Assembly: GCF_006345805.1 (NCBI RefSeq)
Contig: NC_043008.1
Coordinates: 50,344,001-50,408,000 of the forward strand
Direction: 5' to 3'
Source of the DNA: Octopus sinensis
Taxonomy: Eukaryota
Length of the DNA stretch: 64,000 bases
The notes under the pieces are model-generated. The model saw only the letters and a program-made list of their open reading frames with translations, did no database searches and had not been told where the DNA came from. How positions within the stretch are numbered: the stretch's first letter is position 1; each line of letters begins with the position of its first letter. Of the stretch, positions 25,146-38,739 are shown piece after piece. The translations under genes and the position numbers were made by a program.

Positions 25146-25632
25146 TTTTTAAAATTTAATCAATAAAAATTTCTCCAAAACACCTCTCCATAACAACACA
25201 TCCTAAAACCTAATTACTACCCCATTCAAACACACATACCCCAGGAAGACTTTAACCCAACAGAGACTATATAAAGCCAAGATTAATTCTAATGCATTGC
25301 ATTTCAATGATGGTTTAGCTGACCGAAACTTTGAAATCACTGTCAACAATTTTCTTGTTTAAGGATAAACTTCTACACTGTGAAAGTAGAGAGTAACCCT
25401 TCAGATTAATGTAAAATTGTTTTTATTGTAACTGAAACTTAAAAAACAAGCATTAACTCTGCTGGGTGGTTGATGGTAGGAAGGGCTTCCAGCTGTAAAA
25501 ACTATGCCAAAACAGACACAGAAGCCTGGTGCTGTCTTCTGCCTAGCCAGCTTCCGTCAAACCATCCAGCTCTTAACAGCACAAAAAGCAGACATTAAAC
25601 GATGATGATGAAGATGATGATATACTTATATA

Positions 25633-26041
25633 GGTGTAGGAGTGGTTATGTGGTAAGTAGCTTGCTTACCAACCACATGGTTCCGGGTTCAGTCCCACTG
25701 TGTGGCATCTTGGGCAAGTGTCTTCTACTATAGCCTCGGGCCGACCAAAGCCTTGTGAGTAGATTTGGTAGACGGAAACTGAAAGAAGCCCGTCGTATAT
25801 ATGTATATATATATGTGTGTGTGTGTATGTTTGTGTTTATCCCCCCAACATCGCTTGACAACCAATTCTGGTGTGTTTATGTCCCTGTAACTTAGCAGTT
25901 CGGCAAAAGAGACCGATAGAATAAGTACTAGGCTTACAAAGAATAAGTCCTGGGATCTATTTGCTCAACTAAAGGCGGTGCTCCAGCATGGCCACAGTCA
26001 AATGACTGAAACAAGTAAAAGAGAGTAAAAAGTAAAAGAGA
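25633..26041 (+). mobile_element. SINE family A, full length
   Basis: High similarity to the other family A copies. Confidence 0.85.
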
Positions 26042-26945
26042 GCAAGTATGGTTCTCTTCTGCTTTTTAATTATTTAGATTCTTCTTTTGAGGAAGAAGCA
26101 GGCTTGTTTCTAGCAAAGATACAAAGTTCCATCATTCGGAATGTAGTTTATGAAAACAATGTCCCATTCTAAACTTCAGGAAAGTCTTGCATATTTTTAC
26201 TGTTCCCCTTACTGATTGCATTTGTAATGACTGAATTAGTTGGTTGATTTACTTGTCTGAAAACCCAAGCTTATCCAGACTATCGGTTAGGCATTTACTA
26301 ACAAAACCAAGTGTACCAATTATTATCGGTATAAATGTAAATTTCTAATCTGTGTAAATGTATTTGTGCATGTTTGTGTGTGTGTGTGTTTGGGTTAGTT
26401 TGTGTGATTCTCATCATGCGATGGTTCTGATCAAGCATCACCATCATACATGCAGAGTCATTCGTTTCCATCCTTCTGTGAAAGCACGCTCCGGTCAAGG
26501 TTAAAAAATTGCTTTACATCATGGAAGCAAGTGGAGATTGCTGACAAGAAGTGCCAGCTGCCATAGAAAAATCTTGCATCAGTGAATTTGAATATGATCC
26601 ATGCAGGAATGGAAATGTGAACATTATAAGGCAGTGATGATGGTGGTGGTGGTGGTGGTGATGATGATGATGGTGGTGGTGGTGATGATGGTGATGATAA
26701 TGATGATGATGATGGTGGTGGTGATGGTGGTGATAATGGTGGTGGTGGTGGTGGTGGTGGTGGTGATGATGATGATGGTGGTGGTGGTGGTGATGATGAC
26801 GATGGTAACCACACAAAATTTAAGTAAAAAAATAGGTAAAATGATTCAGAATCCTTGTCCAGTACTGGATCAATCCCCAAAATCTAATCTGTTTGTACTA
26901 ATCATGAGGCCAAACATCCTCAAAAGTTTCATCCGAATCCATCCA

Positions 26946-27323
26946 TGCTTAGTGGTATTTCGTCTGCCATCACGTTCTGAGTTCAAATTCCGCCGAGGTC
27001 CACTTTGCCATTTCATCCATCCGGGGTCGATTAAATAAGTACCAGTTACTCACTGGAGTCGATGTAATCGACTTAATCCGTTTGTCTGTCCTTGTTTGTC
27101 CCCTCTGTGTTTAGCCCCTTGTGGGTAATAAAGAAATAGGTATTTCGTCTACCGTTATGTTGTAAGTACAAATTCCGCCGTGGTCCACTTTACCTTTCAT
27201 CCTTTTAGGGTCAATAATTTAAGTACCAGTTACACACTGGCGTCGATGTAATCGAGTTAACCCCTTTGTCCGTCCTTGTTTGTCCCCTCTGTGTTTAGCC
27301 CCTTGTGGGCAATAAAGAAATAG
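26946..27323 (+). mobile_element. SINE family B headless head-to-tail dimer (about 185-bp unit)
   Basis: Units 26955-27139 and 27140-27323 are joined at GAAATAG|GTATTTC. Confidence 0.85.
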
Positions 27324-27778
27324 GTACTCTGAATAGTGTATCAGTTGATGGAATGCTGCATCATGTTCTGCATATTCAAAGGGTGATTAGCTCTTCCGAT
27401 GATGAAGGGGAGAGGTAAAGCAGCCCTGTGACCCTATAGAGATCTCTAAGGGAACATGTCCTCACTGCTAGGTGGATGGATGATTATGAGACAACAGAGG
27501 AGCAGTGATTTTTAGATCGGGGTTGGGGGTTGGGGTGGCATGTGGTGGAAGGGAGACTGGAAGAGAGAAGAGGTGATGTCACATCAGCGAGTGAGAAGAA
27601 AAGTTTCCCTCTTGTTCATGTTACCTGCGACAGAGGTGAGATGTGGCAAAGAGAGGTCATGGCAACCCGTGTTAAGAATTGAACAATCTGCCAGTGGTAC
27701 CCGACTGCAAGTTGAGGTAAGAACAACTTCATTTATGTTCCTTCAAACCACATTGGTGAGAAAGGACCTACAAACATT

Positions 27779-28071
27779 CGTTGTTTGTTGTTTCTCGAGC
27801 CATCCCTGGCTCATTAGGGCCGGTTTCCTGGTTTCCTTGGCGTATAGGTTCCCCACCTGGACAGGACGCCGGTCTTTCACAGGTGAGCTGCAAGATGCAG
27901 GAGGAAAGAGTGAGAGAAAGTTGTGGTGAAAGAGTCAGCAGAGGTTTGCCATTACCTTCTGCCAGAGCAGGTGTTTTCGCTCATAAACACACACATCGCC
28001 CGGTCTGAGATTCGAACCCACAATCCCTCGACCATGAGTCCGCTGCTCTAACTACTAGGCCATGTGCCTCC
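27779..28071 (-). mobile_element. SINE family C
   Basis: TSD ACCTACAAACATT at 27766 and 28072. Confidence 0.85.
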
Positions 28072-29914
28072 ACCTACAAACATTGGAACTCACAGAGGGG
28101 ACGACAAGGGGCTGAGACTCCTGGTGGGGTTTGCTGTGTTTGAAAAGATATGTCAAGCTAAGTAAAATTGTGGTTGCCCTTGCATACGGGCTTGTCCCTT
28201 GCAGCCCTTTCCAGCTGAACATCCCTAATCTTGCAGGCTTGTAAGTGCTGGTGCCACATAAAAAGCACCTGTACTGGTGCTGCATAAAACCACCCGATGC
28301 ACTCTGCTAAGGGGTTGGCATTAAGAAGGGCATCCAGCCATAGAAATCATGCCAAAACAGACAAGGAGCCTTAACAGCTCTTCAGCAGGTCAGCTCCTGT
28401 CAAATTGTCTGACCCATGCCAGCATGGAAAACGGACGTTAAATGATGATGATGATGATGATGATGATCCAGTCCAGCATTTGATCGGGCCCCAACTTATT
28501 GACACACCACCCTCAAAAGGATAAAAGATGAAGTCAAATCCAGCTGTGAAGTCAATCTGAATTCATAATATAACAGAACAAAATTTCTACTAAATTTAAT
28601 TTTATTTTTGTTTTTATTAATTATAATTCATTTTCCAACTGTTGATGGACGCAAGGATGATAAACAAGGGGATAAGTTTGTGGAGCAAAATTGTAGATCG
28701 TATAGAATTCCATAGTTAGGACCTTCAACCATATGAAACTATTGTACTTTTTTCTTGTACGTATATGTGTGTGCCTGCGCGCGCGTGTATGAGTGTGTGT
28801 GTGTGTTTTCTGTTCTTCCAATTCTACTAAACCATTGATTTTAGACCTAAACTACAAATAATTTGTTATACGTGGCCAGACAGTGGGAGGGGGAATAGTC
28901 AGTCAAATCGGCACTGGTACTTAAATGGTACTTTATTTTAGCGCCTACTGAATGACAAAAGGGAGCAGTCAACCCTCGGCGTGATTCGAGCTTAGAAATA
29001 TAAAGGGAAATAACTAAAGACCGCAAAAGACATTTCATGTTTTCTACCACTTTACCGATTCCGTTCTACAAATCCATCAGCCAAGCCCCGAACCTTTACC
29101 CATAATCTAATAATATCGATCTCTTACACAGGTACACGGTCTCAGATGTGTGTATGCGTGTGCAAGGGAGGTATGATTCAACCTCAGCATGCAACTGGTA
29201 CCTCTTTTATCAACCCCGGAAGAATGAAAAGCGAAGTCGAGTTCGGAGATTTGAACTTAGAACGTAAAAAGCCTTAATGGAATAGCGTTATATATTTTGT
29301 CCTATACTCTATCGATTCTACTAGTTCACCACCCATAGGCTACTATCATTATTATAATTAATAACAATAAAAGTATTAGTTTCAATAAACAACAAAGTTT
29401 GATGAGTAAAATTGTTGGCTTTACAGAATTCCATAGATAGAATCGTAAATTGTTTGAAACGAATGTACTTCTTTCTTTTTGTTTGTTATTTTTTTCATTT
29501 TTATTTGTTTTGATTGTTGTACATTTTCTTTTAAAAAGTTGTTTTGTTTCTTTTCTATTTGTTATTTTGTTGCACACAGCATCTCTACACATACACCAAA
29601 CACATACATGTATACACGAAATGGAAATACACATACAGATAAGGCAATAATTACACAAACACACATACACATACATATTCACACGTACGAAATAGAACTA
29701 CTGATAAACACAAACACATACACATACACACACACACAAAATAATAGATTCACATATAGATAAACATACACACACACACGCGCGCGTACACATACACACA
29801 CGTACACCAAAACACACACACACACGCACACATAACGAAACACACACGCGCATACAAACAGACACACACGCATGCACGTACACAGAGAACACACACATGA
29901 CCAAAAAGCAGGCT

Positions 29915-29983
29915 TGTGATTGGCTGAGGCTAGCCAGGTCAGATCGCCTGCATTGCTGGAATCATAACAAGTCTGCAGCCATC
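29915..29983 (+). promoter_or_regulatory. putative CRTC proximal promoter/5' UTR with inverted CCAAT box
   Basis: GATTGGCT (ATTGG at 29919-29923) about 60 bp before an ATG in strong context GCCATCATGG. Confidence 0.45.
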
Positions 29984-30094
29984 ATGGCGAATCCACGGAA
30001 GTTCAGTGAGAAGATAGCTTTACATAATCAAAAGCAGGCAGAGGAGACAGCTGCTTTCGAAGCTATTATGCGCGAAGTTTCGGGAGCTACTAGG
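29984..30094 (+). CDS. CRTC1: CREB-regulated transcription coactivator, coding exon 1 (TORC_N CREB-binding domain)
   Basis: [37 protein letters not shown] is the diagnostic CRTC N-terminus; 111 nt ending at AGG|GTAAGT, phase 0. The symbol is nominal for an invertebrate CRTC orthologue. Confidence 0.97.
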
Positions 30095-31565
30095 GTAAGT
30101 CATGATGTTTCAGTCAATTTTTTCCCCTTTCCACTGACTAATCTCGTGTATATGTGCCTGTATATATAGATATACATATATATATACACTCACACATACA
30201 TACATCATACACGCACACAAATGTGCGATGTTCTGTGTATTTGTCGTAACGAGAAAAAAAAAACGAAGCAAACATTAAAAGAATAAAAAATGGAAAAAGA
30301 ATCAACAAATAAGCGAGCAAACAAAATTTTACGATTCGTCGGTGTTGATTTCTCTCTCTCATCTCCTCTCTTTTGCAGACTTCATCTCATCTCCTTCCTT
30401 TACTTTCCTCTCATCTCATCTCTTGTCATTTCATCTTCTTCTCGTCTCTCTTTTCCACTCAGTTCCTAATCATCTCATCATCATCATCATCACAAAAAAC
30501 CGTCGTCGTCGTCTCATTATCTCTTCTTTCAGCAAACATCGTTGTTTTTTTATTATTTGTCTTGTTTAATTTTTATCATCTCATCTCATCTCGCCTAATT
30601 TCCTCATCACATCGCATCGCTTATCAAGTTGACAACAAACACTCACACACCCACAGACACTCGCACACACACATAATGCATACTATACATACATACATCT
30701 ACACTCCATACATACATACATACACACACACAGACACTCGCACACACATATATACACATGCATGCACACATACAAATACACGCACACACACACATACATA
30801 ATGCATATAACACATACATACATCTACACTCCATACATACACACACACACATACAGACTCCCTCACAGCAACAACAGTGGTGTTGACAGGGGAGGGTTGG
30901 ATGCAGCTATATAATCATTTTAAGGAGTGAATCTCGAAGTGGACACAGCTATAAATGATAATATGTAAATAATATCATAATAATAAGTTTAAAAAAAATA
31001 AAAAAAGACTTGGATGCAACAGGAAAGAAAAAAAAAAGAAAAATGGTCGAGGGCTACCTGCAGGACACGAACCAGCATCCTATGTATGTATAAAATTGTG
31101 TATAAATACAGCTATAAACACGCATCTATCTTTCCTGAACACACACAGAGAAGAGGAGGAAATTAAATACTAGGAAGGAACAGCTCTCTCTCTCTACACA
31201 CACACTCATACATAACATATATATACGCGGCCATATAACTTTATATATATTTATTATATATTATATATATATATATGATTTTTGAGATGCACATTGTTGG
31301 CGTGTGTGAGTGGAATAACTGTTTGGCATGTTAGTCAGTCTGTCTGTCTGTCTAGATGTCTATTATATATTCTCTAGATGTGCTTCTTTTGAGTCACCAC
31401 CACCTCGGCTCTCAGTAACCATCACTGCCAACTTAGAGCACTTGTTGTTGTTGTTGTTGTTGATGCTGTAGTTATTATTGTAGACGAAAATGCTTTTGCT
31501 GTAGTTTATAAATGTTTATTACACCAACTGTCGTGCCTCTGTGTGTGTGTATGCATAATACTAAG

Positions 31566-31604
<39 letters not shown>

Positions 31605-31908
31605 CGTTTTTCTGGTGTCCTGTACCCATATATGCATGTATATATACACATAGATGTAGGTACGTACATATATGTATTTATATATGCATATGTTTTATTT
31701 ATCATTTTGTTATTATATGATCGAACGCCACGCATCCACTTCCAAGTAAGTGATCTATATATATATATATATACATGTATATATATGTATGTATATATAT
31801 ATATACATATATATATATTGGAGAGCTCTTCTCAGCTCAACGTTTGTGTGCCAACACATCCACAAACACACACTTGTACTCGCTCACTCACTGTCTCTCG
31901 CACATTCA

Positions 31909-31943
<35 letters not shown>

Positions 31944-32672
31944 AATATACACACACATATATATATATAGGTTGGTAGGTAGGTGCGTGTTTGTGTTTGT
32001 ATATGCATGCGTAATAACGTTTACCTAAGGAGAGATAACTCTATTTTAGGAAACAATCCCCCTTTTTGCTCCCGTCGCTCTTAGGTTTTTCTGCCCCACC
32101 TCACCTTCCTTGAGTCCTCGTATTTTTTTTATACATAAACAAGCAGACTGTCAGCTACAAGTTTCAGCATTAAATAAAGCAGGCAGGGTTGTGGTGTAAA
32201 TGCCTTTCCATATAAAACGAGGTGTTTTTTCCTTTCCACGCACGGACTTTACAGTCAATACAAATCGTAAATCGAAACGAAAGTACGGGCTAAGCTCGTT
32301 TGCACAGTCGTTGTTCACTAGATATGTGTGTATAAAGGTTTTGCGTTGTTCACTTATTTGTTTATTACTAGCAGTTATTTCTTTGACTAATATCTGTTGG
32401 TAGAGATAGGTTAATACTTTCCGTCTGATCTGGGCTGCTGAGCTGAACTTGATTTTAGGTAGGAAATTGCTTGTTGGATGCCTTCTTCCTCCGTTAAAAA
32501 CAAAGCTAAGTGTTGTCTTTTACAAGTGAACTAAATTACACTTTCTACGCCTTTTTCCATCCAACTTCTTCCACTGTAGAAATAAATGGTTTTACCTCCT
32601 TATCACCAGCACACTTCATACATAGTTATTATACATAGCTCCTTTTGTGTATATTCATGTTGTATATGCATG

Positions 32673-32723
<51 letters not shown>

Positions 32724-33850
32724 CACACTCTTGTGTTATAGGCATTAGACGTATATCTACAGATATGTTTTTAAGAATATACATATGCGTGTTAAAAGGA
32801 GTAACACAAACCCTTTTAAGAGTGGAAGACATCACTACCTGCTGTTCATGTTGGCGCTCTGACTGAGTGCTTGAAGATATGGAGGAAAAAATGCACTGAG
32901 AAGCAAATATAAGAGGCATGCACATAGTTACACTCGGTGTTCTCCAACCAACAATCTAATTATCCAATCTGTACATTTAGTGTTGACACAGACCGTCATC
33001 GCAACATCTACAAAAGAGTTCGATGGTAACCAGAAGAGAGAGCATCGGTGCATCACGTCTGGAGTGTGTGTATTATGGCTGTAAACGTATACTTTTCATA
33101 TGTACAAATCATATAGGTGCATACATTTCACATTTATGTTATATGCATGTGTATGTTGTACATGTGTAATATGCATGTATATATTGTATATACATGCATG
33201 TTTGTACATAGACACACACGTATAGCATAAACACTCAATACACAAACATAGTAGACTCAAAGCATCTAAAAATTTATATTATCATCGTTGCCGTTAAATG
33301 AGATATATATATATATATATATATTAGGTACTGCGCATACCTCTTATTTTGTTTATGCAATATATGTTTCTATGTGCATATAACATTTTTGTATGTGCGG
33401 TATATATACGTACGTTATATATATGTGGTAATTATACTTGCATCTGCTACACACGTACGTTATATACTACACATAACCGAATTGTGTGCAAATTAAGACG
33501 GATATTACACGTGTGTATGTAATGTATGTATTTGTTACGGAACATATTACAGCGGTATTCTGTCACTGGTTTTAGTCATAATCGACCTCGATAATTACTG
33601 CTTCGAACGCTGTTTGTCGAACCGGTGCGAGACATACACAACCCAGATTTCAGACAGGTGTAAACATGAAATGTACGCACACACACCATTGACTTCTGCA
33701 CGCTTACCAACTTCAGTGCAAAGCCCTTAACCAAGCCGATGAGGAGTGTGTTTGAACCTTGAACCACGTGGTTGTCAAGCGAATTTTTAAACCACACATC
33801 TACGCCGGTGCATATGCATCCATGTTTGTGTGTGTGGTTGTATGTATGTA

Positions 33851-33889
<39 letters not shown>

Positions 33890-33977
33890 TTACAAGATAG
33901 CTGTATTATACATAATATAGAAGATCTTTCACTATATTTCTCGTGTGTTTATCTGTGTTCGAACGTGTATGTATGTC

Positions 33978-34020
<43 letters not shown>

Positions 34021-34952
34021 GATTGTGTGTGTGTGTCATGTAGTGTACGCATTGTCTATTTTGTTTTCACTCGTCAACATTTTGACTGTTTTGGAGATCG
34101 CTTGTCTCATGCAATCTGTGTTGTGTGCTCTGCAGTGTCGAATGGTGGCGAATATCTAGAATTGTTGTGTGCAGGCATTCTTATTGTACAAGTAATAGTA
34201 GTAGTAGTGGTGGTGGCATCAACTTTGTGCAGCTAGATTTTGTCGCCTTGCTGGCAGCCACGACGACTCGTTCGCAATTCCCGACCACTTTCGACTGACA
34301 CTCACTCACACACACACACACACACTCTCTCTCTCTCTCTCACACACACGTACACACTTGTATGCACACATATTCTGACTTAGGCATCAGACACAGACAC
34401 CCTCTTTAGCACTTAGCACTGCTGGCTATGTTTGCACACATCCATACATATACACACACGTACACACACACATACCATCTCTCTCTCTCTCTCTCACACA
34501 CAGATATTATTACACTTGGCGTGCTCGCAAACAGTCGCACCATTCCGGAGCTTTCCTTTGCACACACACACACACACACTCTCACTATATAAATTGTGTG
34601 TTATAAAATGATCGCCAGATATACATAGATCACTTGAGTGATACAGTTGCAAATCTTTCCTTCCCCGCCTCTCATATTTATATCAATTTTACGAAGGTAG
34701 GCATTGCAAGTAGTTGCTTTCTCGCTCGAATAAGCACTAGTCTGTTTGACAAAATTCGTGACTCGACTCGCTTAACCTGGAGAAATAAATACCTGATTTT
34801 TTTTTGTTTTTTTTTTTGTTTTTCCTTTCTTTAACCCATTGAAGAGGTCAGGTCTAGCGAGCCGTCGACTCCATCACCACCAAAATCATTATCACGTCCC
34901 CCCGGAAGATATAATCTCTATACAAAGTGCTAGTGTTATCTATCTAATGCGC

Positions 34953-34986
<34 letters not shown>

Positions 34987-35448
34987 CATAAAACCGTCAT
35001 CTTGGTGGCAAACAAGGTTTTTAAAATGGTTTTAGATGCATACATAAACCCGAATCCAAGCCACGATTAGGTAGACATCCTCCACCCCCCCTCTTTCTAT
35101 GTCACCCCCTCCCCTTCCCCAGCTAATATATGCACTCAGCAACAACAGCAACAATTATTCCACTATCATCCTTGTAGATTGATTTTATTTGGTCGAATCT
35201 GAACGTTTTAATTATTCATAAATTAATAAAAATATATATATATATGTAAAAATAAAAATTTATTTGTTTTTTTTTTATATCTCGTAATTAATTACTCATT
35301 ATTGCTTAGTTTTTATATAGTAGTAATTTAAAATTAAGTTGGTTATCTTGATATGATAATAATAATAATAATCATATCACAATACTTCTGAGGTTTTTTT
35401 TATTAAAACATATTTTTATGGTTACACGCTGCGAGTGGGTGTGGGTGA

Positions 35449-35481
<33 letters not shown>

Positions 35482-36040
35482 TATATATGTGTGTGTGTGA
35501 GAGAGAGAGTGGTGTGTACATATGGATATCGACGATTTGGTGAAGCAAATCCTGGCCTCTTGCTTTCCTCCTCGGCACCATTATAGCATATTCTTTCACT
35601 ATTCAACAGGTTGATTGTTTTAGCACCACCATGAAGACAGTCTCCATGCAATACAGCAGTCCACGAATGATGCATTTTATTGTATTTCATTCTCATATTT
35701 TCTCTAAAAAAAGAACCCTTAAGAACAATAAAGGTTATATATATATATTATTTATATTATTATCATTATTATTAATCTATATATGTATGGTTTGTGTGTA
35801 TATATGTGTGTATACATATAGATATATATTGTGTATACACACTAATGCAAATTTTATATATATATACATACCACACACACACACATACATACATACATAG
35901 TAATAAAAAAATTTCGTGACAGGTATATCATTTTAACACTTAAAACTCCCTTCTTAGACCGCCTAACATAATATTACTAAGATAATACCCCTAGGTCCGT
36001 GGCTTGTATATTTATATATGACTTGTATATACTACGACAG

Positions 36041-36148
36041 GGGGCGTTTCAAAAACATTTGCACATTACCCAAAACCTTGGTGCATACCGTGGAGGGTCT
36101 CTACCCAATGTGAACCAGATTGCGTCCAGCAATAGTGGAATTCTGCAG
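36041..36148 (+). CDS. CRTC1: CRTC coding exon 2
   Basis: CAG|GAFQKHLHITQNLGAYRGGSLPNVNQIASSNSGILQ|GTATGT; contains the conserved GGSLPNVNQI; 108 nt, phase 0/0. Confidence 0.93.
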
Positions 36149-38510
36149 GTATGTATGGAGTTTGTGTCGTTTCACCAGTGCCATTGTTCTTCTCTCTCCT
36201 AAACGGCACTCTCTCTCTCTTCTTCTTCTCTCTCTCTCTCTTTTTCCCATAAGCTTCCCCCTCTTTCTCTCTGTTGCTGTTTACGGTGTTTCTCTTCAAT
36301 CTTTTTCTCCACTTCAGATATTAACCAAGCTTGCGTCGAACTCATATATACACGCTTTTCACTCACGAAACTTCTGCCTTTCTCTCTCTCTCTAACTAAA
36401 TATTTACCTCTTTTTCCTTTTTACTAAAAAATATTGGGTGTGCATCGAAAAAAAAAAAGAAAAAAACCCCAAAAGCTAACCAATAAATAATAACAATGAT
36501 GATTAATAATCTTGATAATGATCTCGATATTTAAAAATTACTAATGACGATTAATAATTATAATAATGGTGATGATGATTGCACTGAATACTTTGACACA
36601 AAATAGGCTTGGTTGTTGTTTGGGGAGGATTCAGTCAGCTGAATTAATCTCAATCTACCCCTGGTGTGTGTTTTCGTCGTCTTCGAGATATGGTTGTTTC
36701 TGAAGTATTTGAAGAGGAAACAACCATTTGTAGGTGCAAAAACTAATTTACTGTGAGGATTTTAGTCCGGCACCATTGCTCTTTTGTGACAGCCATACAA
36801 TTAGTAATAATGCTTGGTTTCTTTTATTTCTCACCTCACCCCCCTCAACAACCCACCATAAATATTTCGGTTTGAGTGCTGCTTATGTTGGTTGGAGCCT
36901 GACAAATTAGTATAGTTTTTTGAATGGAGGTTAAGTGGAAACCCCTGCTTTTCAGCATTGCTAGGTTGTCTGGTGACATGACATGTACTGCATATTGTTA
37001 AATGAGAGGAGGGAGGGACACATTCGTTGTTTCTCATGCCTTTGCGCCTTTACATTTATATACACACACATATATATATATATCCTTGTGCGTGTGTGTG
37101 CGTAACCATGACCTCATTTCCTTCATTTGTATGCTTGTATATATATAAACCATATATACATACTTGCACATGTACAATTATACATGTATGCATGTTGTAC
37201 ACATATTCACGCACACACACGCACGTATAAGCATGTATGTGTGCAGGGGGTGTAGCATGCACTCATTTGCATATGTAAACATGCATGCATATTACACAAA
37301 TACAAATATGAAATGCACATTTCATACATTCACAACATGTACAAAACATTTCATATACACTTATATGTATTTGCACATACATATATACTTACACATGCAC
37401 ATAGATACATAAGCAACTGCAAGATTCCATTCCCCAACAAAAATCTGTTTTGCTCCAAACAGGGAAACTATTAAAAACTGAACCCTTTCATGACCTGGGC
37501 TTCTCGAAACATATATTGTCAAGAGCTCTGATTGTGTACTGAGAACATTTACTTGAGAGATCATACAGTAACGTCGACACTTTGAAAATCCCTTTTGTTT
37601 AATAGATTGCACTACTGCTCATCTTTTGTCATTTAATGGCTCTGATTTTACATGTTAACTAGAGAGATTTCATAAAATGCATTTCACTAAAGTCAAGGAA
37701 TTTAACCACTGGCAATGCCTTTGCATTAAATTTTTACTCTATGAAATACCAAGAGTGATATGCCATCATATGTGTGTGGAATGTTCTTGAGTATCTTGTT
37801 CCAGACTTTGGCAACGAAAAAGTAAAAGGAATATTGTCAGATCTCAACATGCTGTTCCTCGAATTCCTATACTAAAAACTTATATAGTAACAGTTTAGCA
37901 TTTAAAGGCTTGCAGTTATAGAACTACTTCATAAAAGATTTATGAAACTTGATGAAAGTTTTCTTTGAGATTTTTAGAAGGTATCTTGATGCATTTCTCT
38001 GTAGTATTCCAGATTAACCACTTGTAAGCCTACGTTAATTTGTTGGCCCACCAAAAGATGCTATATATTTTGAAAAACTCAACAAAATTATTAGACCCCC
38101 TGAATATTGAGACAAATGATAGAGTACATTAAACTCTGAAGGCTGTACTCTTCCTACAACAAACTAAACTAACAAACAACTACAAGATAGATGTGCAATG
38201 TATGCACACAAACTCAGTATACATATATAACTATGCAAGGAAATAAGGGGCCGGGAGTTGTGGCAATTTGTTGTACTTGAGAAGATCTGGCAAGCTAAGA
38301 AAAGTCGTCATCCATACATACAGGCTTGTCTTTTACAGGTGCTGGTGCTACATCAACACACGCATGCTGGTGGCATGTAAAAAGCACCTAGCACACTCTG
38401 TATAGTGGCTGGCATTAGGATGGGTATCCAACCATAGAAACCATGCCGCAACAGACAATTGAGGTGTGGCCAGCTCCATGTTCAACCCATGCCAGCATGG
38501 AAAACAGACA

Positions 38511-38739
38511 TTGACCCTTTAGCATTCAGATTATTCTGTCAAATGTAATGCTTATTTATTCACATTGTTTTGAATTAATCATGCAAAGACATCGTAGCAT
38601 TAAAATTTTGAGGATGTAGTTGCTTATTCTTAGAATGACATTGTAGGATAAGTGTGCAAAGCCAGATCCGGCCAGTTTGAACACAGAACAGGTTAAATAT
38701 TTGGGCCGGATACGACCGGTTTAAATGCTAAAGAGTTAA
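38511..38739. mobile_element. piggyBac-type MITE inserted in the TTAA of an RTE 3' tail
   Basis: TTGA-CCCTTTAG...CTAAAGAG-TTAA splits ...GGAAAACAGACA|TTAA|ATGATGATGAT. Confidence 0.75.

Noticed and set aside
25298-25340. AAUGA-UGGUU..GACC-GAAAC hammerhead-like stretch
   Set aside because: Core and stem III are too degenerate to call.
29897-29983. In-frame upstream ATG extending CRTC by 29 aa
   Set aside because: CRTC homology starts at MANPRKF, the ATG at 29984 has the better context, and the extension overlaps a CCAAT box.
34820-34850. U12 branch-like TTCTTAAC followed by AG in intron 1
   Set aside because: The upstream donor is U2-type (GTAAGT) and no CRTC-like exon follows.
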